From an uncultured Gemmatimonadales bacterium (lineage in GTDB: Bacteria; Gemmatimonadota; Gemmatimonadetes; Longimicrobiales; Gaopeijiaceae): a DNA stretch of 64,000 nt. The stretch spans positions 224,001 through 288,000 of the forward strand of contig CAWGKG010000018.1 of assembly GCA_963823035.1 (NCBI GenBank). Direction: 5' to 3'. The notes beneath the pieces were generated by a model that worked only from the letters and a program-made list of their open reading frames with translations, was not told the DNA's origin and searched no databases. The position numbers and the translations under genes are program-made. Position 1 is the stretch's first letter, and each line of letters starts with the position of its first letter. This document shows, piece by piece, positions 9,458 to 19,616 of the stretch.

Positions 9458-10628
9458 CGGCCACGGGCAGTCGGATCTGGAAGGTGGTTCCCTCGGCGCC
9501 CTCGAGGAGCTCGATGCGCCCCCGGTGGACCCCTTCGACGATGCGGCGGGAGAGCGCGAGGCCGACGCCCCATCCGCCGGACTTCGTGGTGACGCCCGGC
9601 TCGAAGATCCTGTCCCGGATCTCCGGGCTGACGCCCGGCCCACTGTCGCGGATGCGCAGGCTGACCTGCCCACCCCCGACCTCACGGGCGTAGATCGAGA
9701 TGCGTCCGCCGCGGCCGGCGAGGGCGTCGAGGGCGTTCTTCACCACGTTCTCCAGCGCCCACACGAGCAGCACCTCGTTGGCCTCCACGTTCGGCAGCGT
9801 TTCCGGGACGTCGACGATCAGCTCCACCCCTCTACCCAAACGAGGCAGGCGGGCGGCCAAATAGCGCTCCAGGTCGCGGACGACCTTGGGGAGCGAGAGG
9901 CTCTCCAGCTCGGGCTCGCGCCCGATCAGCTCGAAGCGGTGGCTGATGCGCTCCAGGCGCTCGAGGTCCTCTTCGATGGCGTCCGCCACGTCGGCGTCCG
10001 CGAGCGAGCCCGGACGATCGGAGTGCGGCAGCTTGAGCACCTCGAGCCAGCCCTGCAGCGACGACAGCGGCGTGCCGAGCTGGTGCGCCAGCTCGCGCGC
10101 CATCGACGTCCAGGCGCGCTCGCTCTCCGCCCGGCGCTGCTGGCGGATCATCGTGAAGCCCGCGAACACGGTCAGGAGGAGGCCCCCGGCCAGGAGCCGG
10201 GTGATCCACCGGATCTTGCTCACCTGCGGCGTGTCGCCGAAGTGCAGGTGCTGCACGCGGGGGTCACCGACCGGGGGATGGCGCACGTCGAGCCGCCGGA
10301 TGTAGGAACGCATGCGCTCCTGCCCCTCGGCCGTGTCGAGGTCCACGTCGAAGGGGATGTTCACCGCGCTCACGATGGTGTCACCGGGTCCGGAGACCAC
10401 GAGCGGCACCCCCGACCCAACGATGATCGTCTGCAGCCGGTAGAGCGCCTCGTCCGCGGTGGCCGGATCGGGGTTGACGAGCCCCGCCTGCACCTGCGAG
10501 AAGATCTCCGTGAGCGTGGCGGCATCGCCCTGCAGCGCCTTGACGATCTGGCCGGTGGAATACAGGTACCACGCCACCAGGACGACGAACATCGTCGCGA
10601 AGGCGACAGGCCATTTGCTGCGTGGCAT
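9450..10628 (-). CDS. Membrane sensor histidine kinase
   Basis: Two TMs, ELAHQLGTPL H-box, ENVVKNA, DSGPG, GWGVGL. Confidence 0.92.
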   Translation of the reverse strand: MPRSKWPVAFATMFVVLVAWYLYSTGQIVKALQGDAATLTEIFSQVQAGLVNPDPATADEALYRLQTIIVGSGVPLVVSGPGDTIVSAVNIPFDVDLDTAEGQERMRSYIRRLDVRHPPVGDPRVQHLHFGDTPQVSKIRWITRLLAGGLLLTVFAGFTMIRQQRRAESERAWTSMARELAHQLGTPLSSLQGWLEVLKLPHSDRPGSLADADVADAIEEDLERLERISHRFELIGREPELESLSLPKVVRDLERYLAARLPRLGRGVELIVDVPETLPNVEANEVLLVWALENVVKNALDALAGRGGRISIYAREVGGGQVSLRIRDSGPGVSPEIRDRIFEPGVTTKSGGWGVGLALSRRIVEGVHRGRIELLEGAEGTTFQIRLPVADA

Positions 10629-10641
10629 CGAATCGCCCGGG

Positions 10642-11925
10642 TCAGCCCGGGACGCTCAGGCGGTCCTGCCCCAGATAGGGCCGCAGAGGCTCGGGGAGCA
10701 CCACGCTTCCGTCCGCCTCCTGGTACGTCTCCAGGAGGGCGGCCACCACGCGCGGCAGCGCCAGCGCCGAGCCGTTCAGGGTGTGCACGAACTCCGGCTT
10801 CTCCCCCTGCGCCGGTCGGAAGCGGAGGTTCGCCCGCCGGGCCTGGTAGTCGGTGAACACCGAGCAACTCGAGACCTCGAGCCACTTCCCCACGCCGGGA
10901 GCCCACACCTCGAGGTCGTAGGTCATGGCACTGCTGAAACCGAGGTCGCCCGTGGCCAGGATCACCCTCCGGTAGTGCAGCCCCAGCCGCTCGAGCAGCG
11001 TCTCCGCCTCACGCGTGAGCTCCTCGAGCGCCTCCCTGCTGCGCGCGGGTGGCTCGTAGCGCACGAGCTCGACCTTGTCGAACTGGTGCACGCGCAGCAG
11101 GCCACGCGTGTCCTTTCCGGCGGCGCCGGCCTCGCGGCGGAAGCAAGGCGAATAGGCCGTGTACTTCACGGGCAGATCCGTGCCCTTGAGCAGCTCGTCG
11201 CGGTGCAGGTTCGTGACCGGCACCTCCGCCGTGGGGATCAGCCAGAGGTCGTCCCGCTCGGTCTGGTACGACTCGTCCGCGAACTTGGGAAGCTGTCCGG
11301 TACCCGTGAGCGTCTCGCGCGTGACCAGGTACGGGACGCGTAGCTCCACGTAGCCGTGCTCCCGCGTGTGCACGTCCAGGAACCAGTCGATCAGGCCGCG
11401 CTGCAGGCGGGCGCCCCCACCGCGCAGGACGGGGAACCCCGAGCCGCTGATCCGCGAGCCACGGGCAAGGTCCAGGATGCCGAGCGCCTCTCCCACCTCC
11501 CAGTGGGGCTTGGGCTCGAAGTCGAAGACACGCGGCTCCCCCCACGTGGCCGCGACGACGTTGGCCTCCTCCCCTCCGGCGGGCACCTCGTCGAGGGGTA
11601 CGTTGGGAACCGAGAGGAGGATCTCCTCGACGCGCGCCTCGTTCGCCTTGACGATGTCGTCCAGCTCCGAGATCCGATCGCCGAGGGTGCGCATCGCGAG
11701 GATCAGCTCCTCCGCGTCGCCGCCCGTCCGCTTGATCTCACCGATCTGCTTCGACGCCTCGTTGCGTCGCGCCTTCAGATCGTTGACCTCGCCGATGGCC
11801 TCCCGGCGTGCCTCGTCCAGCCGCCCGACCTCGTCCACGACGCCGGGGAGGTCGGGATCGCCCCGGCGCGCGAGCGCCCGTTTCAACTCCTCGGGCTCGT
11901 GACGGAACCTCCGGATGTCGAGCAT
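10642..11925 (-). CDS. serS: Seryl-tRNA synthetase
   Basis: MLDI start, LIPTAEVP, FRREAG, GLLRVHQFDKVE, EVSSCS, HTLNGSALA. Confidence 0.97.
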   Translation of the reverse strand: MLDIRRFRHEPEELKRALARRGDPDLPGVVDEVGRLDEARREAIGEVNDLKARRNEASKQIGEIKRTGGDAEELILAMRTLGDRISELDDIVKANEARVEEILLSVPNVPLDEVPAGGEEANVVAATWGEPRVFDFEPKPHWEVGEALGILDLARGSRISGSGFPVLRGGGARLQRGLIDWFLDVHTREHGYVELRVPYLVTRETLTGTGQLPKFADESYQTERDDLWLIPTAEVPVTNLHRDELLKGTDLPVKYTAYSPCFRREAGAAGKDTRGLLRVHQFDKVELVRYEPPARSREALEELTREAETLLERLGLHYRRVILATGDLGFSSAMTYDLEVWAPGVGKWLEVSSCSVFTDYQARRANLRFRPAQGEKPEFVHTLNGSALALPRVVAALLETYQEADGSVVLPEPLRPYLGQDRLSVPG

Positions 11926-11944
11926 GTGGGGTCCGGGGGGAGGA

Positions 11945-12547
11945 TCAGTTCTTGGGAATGAGCGACCGGTCGTTGCAGACCGGACTCGAGTCGTAGTAGA
12001 AGCGCAGCGTGCCCTCGACCGGCTCGATGTCCACCGGCGCCATCTTCGCATAGAATACGCAATACGTACCGAAGCTGCCCACCGTCTGGTTGGTCCGGAT
12101 CACATAGACCGAGCCCATGCGCACCGTCACCGGGTCGAGGCCCGTGTAGACGGTGGTGTCGGCCGGCGCCTCGACCACGTCGTCGAAGTTGGCGTTCGGC
12201 AGCTCCGCGATGCGCGCCCTCGCCGAGATACCGAGCGCGCCGGGCGGAAGGAGCACGATCTGGCCGGACTTCGTGCCCACGGCCAGGTCCCAGTTGCCCG
12301 TCGAGTTCGGCCGCTCCACCAGCACCGAGATGCGGTTGTGGAAGTTGAAGCCCGAGGGGAGGCCCAGCTCGGGACGCGCCAGCGAGTACAGGAGGACGGT
12401 GTCCTTGCTGCTGGACCACTGGATCGCGAAGGGGTCGGCTCCGCACGCGGTCGACCCCGCGAGGCCCACGGCCGCCACCGCAGCGACCACGAGGGCGGCA
12501 CGGCTCCGAAGACGGATCGCCGGCGGAACGGGGATGCGAAGGCTCAT
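11945..12547 (-). CDS. Hypothetical lipoprotein
   Basis: Basic/hydrophobic signal followed by a lipobox-like STAC; beta-rich mature region. Confidence 0.65.
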   Translation of the reverse strand: MSLRIPVPPAIRLRSRAALVVAAVAAVGLAGSTACGADPFAIQWSSSKDTVLLYSLARPELGLPSGFNFHNRISVLVERPNSTGNWDLAVGTKSGQIVLLPPGALGISARARIAELPNANFDDVVEAPADTTVYTGLDPVTVRMGSVYVIRTNQTVGSFGTYCVFYAKMAPVDIEPVEGTLRFYYDSSPVCNDRSLIPKN

Positions 12548-12644
12548 CAGGCGTGGGAACTCCGAAATGCAGGGTGCGAACGCAGCAGGGGAAACTGCCG
12601 GAAGCCGCGAGGGGGGTGTCAACCCCGAAAAGCCCCGTCGTTGC

Positions 12645-12673
12645 TTGACTTAACCCGGGGTGCCGGGTAGGTT
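12645..12673 (+). promoter_or_regulatory. sigma70-type promoter TTGACT-17-TAGGTT
   Basis: -35/-10 pair with 17-nt spacer upstream of the response regulator operon. Confidence 0.55.
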
Positions 12674-12733
12674 CCCCGCCCGATGCGCACCCCTCGGGAG
12701 CCGGGGGGCCCGTGCCGCCCCAGCCGAGGTCCG

Positions 12734-13132
12734 ATGGTCGCCGAGCCCATCCTTTCCCTGCGCCGACGGATCCTCGTCGCCGACGACGAGCCGCACATCC
12801 GTCGGATCCTCACGACCCTTCTCTCCAATGCCTTCTTCGACGTGATCGAGGCGTACGACGGGGAGGAGGCGATCGAGCACGTCGAGTCCGGTGAGCAGAT
12901 CGACGGGTTCATCCTGGACCTCATGATGCCGCGCGCGAGCGGGCTCGAGGTCCTGGCGCGCGTCCGTAGCCACGCCGTCCACCGGCACGCACCCGTGATC
13001 ATCCTCACGGCCAAGGGACAGGACACCGATCGGCAGGCCGCCCTCGCGGCCGGCGCCGACGACTTCCTCACGAAGCCCTTCAGCCCGAAGAAGCTCCTCG
13101 CGCGCATCCAGGAGATCGTCGCTGAACGCTGA
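12734..13132 (+). CDS. Single-domain response regulator
   Basis: ILVADDE, LDLMMP, ILTA, FLTKPF. Confidence 0.93.
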   Translation: MVAEPILSLRRRILVADDEPHIRRILTTLLSNAFFDVIEAYDGEEAIEHVESGEQIDGFILDLMMPRASGLEVLARVRSHAVHRHAPVIILTAKGQDTDRQAALAAGADDFLTKPFSPKKLLARIQEIVAER

Positions 13133-14168
13133 GCCCAACCTCTGGATCCTCGTGCTCGCCGGGGGGGTGGGGTCACGCTTCTGGCCGGTCAGCACGCGTA
13201 CCCGCCCGAAGCAGCTGCTCCCGCTCGCGGGCGACCGGCCGCTCATCGCGGAGACCCTCGACCGGGCGCGATCCCTCGCGGACGACGCGCACATCCGCAT
13301 CCTCGCGGGCGAGCATCTCGTGGAGGCCTTCCGGCTGGCGGTTCCCGACCTGCCGGGCTCGTCCTACCTGGTGGAGCCGCGGGCGCGCGGCACCTGTCCC
13401 GTCCTGGCATGGGCGGCCAGCGAGATCGCGCGGGTCGACCCCGAGGCCGTGCTGGTCTCGCTGCACGCCGACCACCTCGTCCATCCCCTCCCCGCCTTCC
13501 AGGATACGGTGCGGGTCGCGGCGGAGCTGGCCACGACGCACGAGCGCCTGGTCACGATCGGCGTGGCCCCCGACCGCATCGAGACGGGGTTCGGACACAT
13601 CCAGCTCGGGGCGCCGATCGAGGCCGGGGGGGAGCCGCGGCGTTCCACGTCGCCGCGTTCCACGAGAAGCCGGACGCGGACACCGCGCGTCGCTACATGG
13701 ACGCCGGCTACGTGTGGAACTCGGGGATCTTCGTCTGGAAGGCCGCCACCTTCCTCGACGAGGTACGCCGCCACGCCCCGCAGGTCGCCGGACACCTCGC
13801 GACCCTCGAGGGCGACGGGGCCGAGGCGTTCTTCCGCGACGTCCCCAATTGCGTCGTGGACACGGAGGTCCTGGAGCGCAGCGACCGCGTGGCGTGCGTG
13901 AAGGCCACCTTCACCTGGGACGACGTGGGCAGTTGGGAAGCGCTCGCGCGCACCCACGCCTCCGACGCCCAGGGGAACGTGGTGGTCGGGAACGGCAGCG
14001 TGGTGGAGGGAAAGCGGCAACATCGTCTTCTCGGAGGGCGGGCGCGTGGTGCTCTTCGGGATCGAGGACTGCGTCGTCGTGCAGAGCGGTCCCGTCACGC
14101 TCGTGCTCCCGCGCGGACACGCGGCCGACCTGAAGCGGCTCCTGCGGGCCCTCGGCGAGGACGCGTGA
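13122..14168 (+). CDS. manC: Mannose-1-phosphate guanylyltransferase (frameshifted near 13630 and 14010; start approximate)
   Basis: LAGGVGSRFWP...PKQLL, WNSGIFVW, WDDVGSW spread across three frames. Confidence 0.85.
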
Positions 14169-14186
14169 GGAAGGCGTGAGGGCCCC

Positions 14187-15405
14187 GTGAGCGACCACCG
14201 CCTCTACCTCTTCGACGACGGGCGTGCCCGGGCTTGGGCGCCCTTCGCCCTCACGCGCCCGGTGGGCGAGCTGAGGTACGGGTGCCTGACGCAGCGCGAG
14301 CGGGCCGAGCGCGGCCTCGGCCTCCCCTGTGCGGGCCACCTCGTGGCGGCGGAGCTCGCCGGTTTCGACGAGCCGGAAGCGGCGCCATGCGTCACACCGC
14401 GGGAGGCACCCGTCGACGTCGACCGCATCCTCCTCTCGAGCCGGGCCGTCCCCGGGTTCCACGAGGTCCACGTCGGGCGCGGTGCGGCACGACTCACGAT
14501 CGGCGGCGAGACGGTCGGGTGGGTGATCCCCGCCGGCCAGGCGACGCCCGCCTACGCGAGGCTCCTGGACCCGGCGTCGGACACGGAGGGAGCGGCCGTG
14601 GCGCTCGAGGGCACCGTCCTCGGCTGGCCGTGGCATCTGGTGGCGGGCACGCCGGGGCGAATCGCCGCGGACGTGGCGCACCTCCATCCCGACGAGGCCG
14701 CGCCGGAGGGGATCGTGCGCGTGGGGGAGGGGCGGATCTCCCTGGGAGAGGGGGCGACGATCGAGCCTGGGGTCGTCGTGGACACGCGCGGCGGACCCGT
14801 ACGCCTCGACGACGGCGCGCGCGTGGAGGGACCGGCCCGCCTCGTGGGCCCACTCCATGTCGGGCGAGGCTCGGTGGTCTTCGGCGGACACGTCGGCACC
14901 TCGTCCATCGGGCCGGTGTGCAAGGTGCGTGGCGAGCTCGCGGACTCCGTGCTCCTCGGCTTCGTGAACAAGGCGCACGACGGCCACCTCGGGCACGCCC
15001 TCCTCGGGCGCTGGGTCAACCTCGGCGCCGGCACGATCAACTCCGATCTGAAGAACAACTATCGCACCGTGCGCGTGTGGACGTCGCGAAGGCGAGCGGG
15101 ACAGCGGGCTGACCAAGGTCGGCTGCTTCCTCGGCGACCACGTGAAGACGGGCATCGGCACCGTGCTCAACACGGGCACCGTGGTCGGCGCGGGGAGCAA
15201 CGTGTTCGGGGGGCTCATGCCCCCCACGGTCGTGCCCCCCTTCTCGTGGGGGGCGGGCGACGCGCTCACCACGTACCGTTTCGACAAGTTCGTCGAGACC
15301 GCCGAGGCGGCGATGGCGCGGCGCGACCAGGCGCTCACGCCTGGCGTGCGGCGCATCCTCTCGGAAGCCTGGGAGGCTACGCGCCCGGAACGGGGCGACC
15401 GATGA
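14187..15405 (+). CDS. GlmU-like putative sugar nucleotidyltransferase with hexapeptide repeats (frameshift near 15090)
   Basis: PFALTRPVGELRYG, NKAHDGHLG, WVNLGAGTINSDLKNNY, then KTGIGTVLNTGT in the next frame. Confidence 0.85.
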
Positions 15406-15418
15406 GCCCGGCGGCCCC

Positions 15419-16241
15419 GTGAGGGTCGCGGTCCTCGGCAGCGGAAGCTCCGGCAACGCCACGCTGGTGCGCGCGGGCAACACGCGGGTCCTGGTGGACG
15501 CGGGCTTCAGCGCGCGGGACCTCGCCCGCCGGCTCGACCTGCTCGGGGTCGAGCCCGAAGAGGTGGCCGCGATCGTGGTCACCCACGACCACGGGGACCA
15601 CACGCGCGGCATGGGCGTCTTCGCCCGCCGACACGGCACGCCGATCCACATGACCGAGCGCACGAGGGACGCTTGCCGGAAGCTCCTGCGCGGCGACGAG
15701 GACATCCATCTCTACCGCCCTGGACGCCCCTTCATCGTGGGCGATGTGCGCGTCGAGCCGTTTCTCACGGTGCACGACGCCGCCGACCCGGTCGGTGTCG
15801 CGCTGGTGGACGAATGCACGGGGCTACGCATGGGCTTGGCCACCGACCTCGGCCGCCCGACCGCACAGATCCGCCACGCCCTGGGTGGGTGTGACCTCCT
15901 CATCCTGGAGGCCAACCACGACGAGGTGCTGCTGCACACCAGCGCACTACCCCTCGTCCGTGAAGCGGAGGATCGCCTCCAGCCACGGCCACCTCTCCAA
16001 CCAGGCCGCGGCCCGCTTCGCCGTCGAGCTCCTGCACCCCCGCCTGGCCGGCGTGATCCTCGCGCACCTGTCCAACGAGTGCAATCGCCCTGAGCTGGCA
16101 CGGCAGGTCGTGGGCACGGCCTTGAGGAAGGCGGGCTGGAAGGGGCACATGGAGGTTGCGCAGCAGGGTGAGCCTTCGGACTGGCTGGACGTGGAGGAGC
16201 TCCGACTGCGGGCCGGGCCTTCGCAGCTCAGCTTCCTCTAG
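15419..16241 (+). CDS. MBL-fold metallo-hydrolase, YycJ/WalJ-like (frameshift near 15950)
   Basis: LGSGSSGN, THDHGDH, HDAADP, TDLG, LEANHD, GHLSN, LAHLSNECN. Confidence 0.88.
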
Positions 16242-16275
16242 GGAGCTGGTCGCGGGCCTTTCTTCGTTCGCGGGG

Positions 16276-16411
16276 GGGAGGCGAGGGCGCGCGGCCCGCG
16301 ACGAGACCGCTCGGGCGCGGGTTGGCGGGCGTCCGCTGGCTTCTTCCGCATCCCTCGCTCGGCTGCTACGCGCAGCCGAGTCTCGCTGCGGGCCGCACGC
16401 CCTCGCCTCCC
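16276..16411 (+). repeat. Palindromic stem-loop repeat, copy 1 (REP/MITE-like)
   Basis: Outer arms GGGAGGCGAGGGCG../..CGCCCTCGCCTCCC; inner hairpin CTCGGCTGC-TACGC-GCAGCCGAG; the ~95-nt core matches the reverse complement of 16687-16782. Confidence 0.85.
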
Positions 16412-16665
16412 GGCCGTGAGCTCGAGGCGCCGCGATCCGTCCAGGGTCGCTGCGCGGGGCAGCTTCGCGGTGGGCCTCATCCTGCCGCGCCTCTTTGCGG
16501 ACCGGGTGATGGGGCCGACCGTTCCGGTCACGTGATCCCCCCGATGTCACCCCGAAGGAGCCGCCCGGTCGTCCGACCACCAGGCCCAAAGCGGACGCGC
16601 GAGGAAACGAGCGCCCCACCCTCGCGTTCCAGGGGCATTTCGAGCCGCTCCCCGAACGAAGTGAG

Positions 16666-16804
16666 GGGGAGCCGGCGGCGCACGCTCCGCAGCGAGACTC
16701 GGCTGCGCGTAGCAGCCGAGCGAGGGAAGCGGAGCGAGCCCGCGTACGCCCGGACACCAGCGCCCGAGCGGTCTCGTCGCGGAGCGTGCGCCGCCGGCTC
16801 CCCC
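16666..16804 (-). repeat. Palindromic stem-loop repeat, copy 2 (inverted relative to copy 1)
   Basis: Outer arms GGGGAGCCGGCGGCGCACGCTCCGC/GCGGAGCGTGCGCCGCCGGCTCCCC; same core as copy 1. Confidence 0.85.
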
Positions 16805-16818
16805 GCCCCCGAAGGACC

Positions 16819-19489
16819 CTACAGCAGCTCGAACCGCCCCTGGAAGAACCGCAGCTTCTCGGGCTCGTACACGAAGCGCAGGCCGCGCATCGACGTGCGC
16901 TTCTCCCAGACGCGGATCACGCCCTCCGCCACGGCGCGCATGTGGTCCTCGGTGTACACGCGGCGTGGGATCGTGAGGCGCACCAGCTCGAGCGCGGGGC
17001 GGTAGTTCTCGCCGGTCTCGGGGTTCCTGCCTTTCGAGACGTTACCACGCTCCATCGCGCGCACGCCCGTCTCGACGAAGAGCTCGGCGGCGAGGCGCTG
17101 CGCCGGGTACTCGTCCTGGTCGATGTGCGGGAGGAAGCGCTTGGCGTCCAGGAACACGGCGTGCGTGCCGATGGGGGACACGATCGGCACGCCGGCTTCG
17201 TGCAGCACGCGGCCGAGCTCGCGCGTCTGGTGGACCCGAGACCGGATGTAGCGATCGTCCACCATCTCCTCGACGCCGCGCGCGATGGCGGCGAGGTCCG
17301 CGGTCGCGAGGCCGCCGTCCGTGACGTTCCCCTCGTAGATGCGCAGGAGCTCTTCGGCGCGCGTCGTCCACTCGGCATTGTCACGGAAGGCGAGCACGCC
17401 GCCCATGTTGATCAGGAAGTCCTTCTTCCCACTCACCGTGCACCCGTCGCCGTAGATCATCATCTCGCGAAGGATGTCGCGCACGGGGGTGTCGGCGTAG
17501 CGAAAGTCGTTCGCCCGGATCATGAAGGCGTTCTCGACGCAGCGCGTCGCGTCGAAGAAGACCGGGATGCCCCGCTCGGTGCAGTAGGCGTAGACGTCCT
17601 TCATGTTGTCCATGCTGACCGGCTGCCCGCCGGCCAGGTTCACCGAGTGCTCGAACGAGATGTACGCGACCTGCGCGGCACCGTGCTCGTCGACCACGGC
17701 GCGCAGCTTGTCCAGGTCGATGTTTCCCTTCCAGGGGAACGTGCTCTCCGGATCGTGCGCCTCGTCCACGATCACGTCCACGAACACCCCACCCGCCATC
17801 TCCTGGTGGAGCTTGGTGGTCGTGAAGTACATGTTGCCGGGCACGATCTGCCCGGGACGGATCATGATCTGGCTGAGGATATGCTCGGCTGCCCGGCCCT
17901 GGTGCGTCGGGATGATGTGCTCGTAGCCGAACGCCTCGCGCAGCGCCGCTACCATCTTCGGGTACTCGTCCGAGGTGGCCTGCGCGGGCCGCACGCCGTT
18001 GAAGGCCGCCCACTGGTCCGTGCTCATCGCCGAGGTGCCCGAGTCGGTGAGCAGGTCGATCGTGACGTCGGCGGACGAAAGCAGGAACGTGTTGTAGCCC
18101 GCCGCGCGAATCGCCTTCTCGCGCTGCCCGCGGGTCAGCGCGCCCACCCGCTCGATCGTGTGGATCTGGTACGGGAGCACGTCGAGCTCGTAGGTCTCCA
18201 CGTCCGGGAAGACCCAGTGGTAGGTCATCATGTCCCGCCACTCGCCCCGTTCCACCACCTGGAGGCCCGTGATCGAGTCGGCCTGGCGGGCCAGCGCCGA
18301 CGATGGCGTCGGCCACCTTGTCGAGCTGCCGGTTCGTCATCGCCAGCCGCGGGATCTGGACGGGCACGAGCCCCTCCGACCCCTTCCGGTACATCGCCAC
18401 CGCCCGCACGCCGGAGATCAGGTACAGCGCCGCGCTGAAGGTGTCCCGCGCGGTGGCCCCCGCCTGCGGGAGCAGTCGGTCGGCGCGAATGTAGGCGCCA
18501 TCACACCCTCGCTCGAGCGGGACGCCCGCGTCCCGTAGCCGCCGGGTGAACCGCTCCGTCTGGTGCATCACCCAGTGCACCTCGTCCTCGTCCGCCATCT
18601 CCTCGATGCCGCGCGCGAGCACCTCCATCGTGCGCCCGGCCATCCCGCCGTAGGTATGCAGCCCCTCGAAGACCACGACCTCGTTCATGAGGCGCTCGTG
18701 GTCGCTGGGGTTGTCGGTGCTCAGCAGCCCGCCGGCGTTCGCCTTCGGATCCTGTGCGCCGTCGAGCTGGAGGATGTGGCTGGTCTTCACCATCTGCCGG
18801 ACGAGCGAGCGGATGTCACGGTCGCCGTGCCCTCCCTCGTGCCGCTGCACGTACCACGCGTTCTCGATCATTCGCGAGCCGTCGAGCACCAGGCGCGCGC
18901 CATGGCGGTCCGCCAGCTCCCGCACCGCGCGCAGGTTCTTCAGGCTGATGGGGTGCTGTCCGTCCGCGAACGCCTGCACGTCCACCACGGGCACCGACCC
19001 CGCCTCGAGCAACGCCTCCAGGCGTTCGAGGTCGATGTTTCCGGTGAAGACGGGCTCGGACCGGTTGCGGACGTCGACCACCTCGACCTCGCGGGGGGTG
19101 AGGACGTCCATCCTGTCACGGCCGTTGCTCGGCACGACGGAGCCGGCGGGCACGAGCGTGGCCACCAGGAGCTTCACCGAGCCGAGGATGTTGTGCGTCG
19201 GGCACACGTACCCGTGCCCCAGCACGTCGCGCACGGCGACCTGCAGCCGCTCGAAGTTGCGGCTGCCCGCGTAGGCCTCGTCGCCCAGGACCTGGCCGGC
19301 GAGCTGCTCCTGGCTCATCGCGCTGGTGCCCACCGACGTCATGTCGAAGGTGAGCTGTGAAGGCGTGAGGTTGAACACGTTGAAGCGGGCCTGGGCCAGG
19401 TGCTTCTTCCGCTCCTCGAGCGTCGGGAACGAGAGGAGACGGACGGTCTTGATCTTGTGGGGCTCCGCAACGGGCTCGAGGCGCGTCAT
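16819..19489 (-). CDS. Tandem two-domain tyrosine phenol-lyase/tryptophanase-family protein, ~890 aa (single-base frameshift near 18299)
   Basis: Two full beta-eliminating lyase repeats. The C-domain has DLLTDSGT, THQGR, NMYFTTT, DATR, SGKKD, RAMERG, RLTIPRRVYT and LRFF. The N-domain has GTSAMS, GDEAYAGSRNF and FEGLHTYGGMAGR. Confidence 0.88.
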
Positions 19490-19616
19490 GCTTCGTCTTC
19501 CGGGTTCGGTTGGGCGCGGTTCCGCCTCGCAATTTCGGCAATCCCGGCGTGTGCCCGAAGTCGGGAAATCCCCGACATGCGCAGACGGGCTCCGGATCGT
19601 CCCGCGGCGCGGCCCG

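Noticed and set aside
12590..12622. Minus-strand TTGACA as promoter for the lipoprotein-serS genes
   Set aside because: No convincing -10 element at 16-18 nt spacing
16276..16804. CRISPR array or IS element
   Set aside because: Only two inverted copies, no direct repeat-spacer periodicity, and no cas or transposase gene in the window
18280..18310. Programmed frameshift in the lyase gene
   Set aside because: No slippery heptamer; removing one base restores DAIVALARQA, like the other indel errors in the window
19490..19616. TnaC-like leader peptide upstream of the lyase
   Set aside because: No short Trp/Tyr-containing ORF with an RBS was found; only a small hairpin
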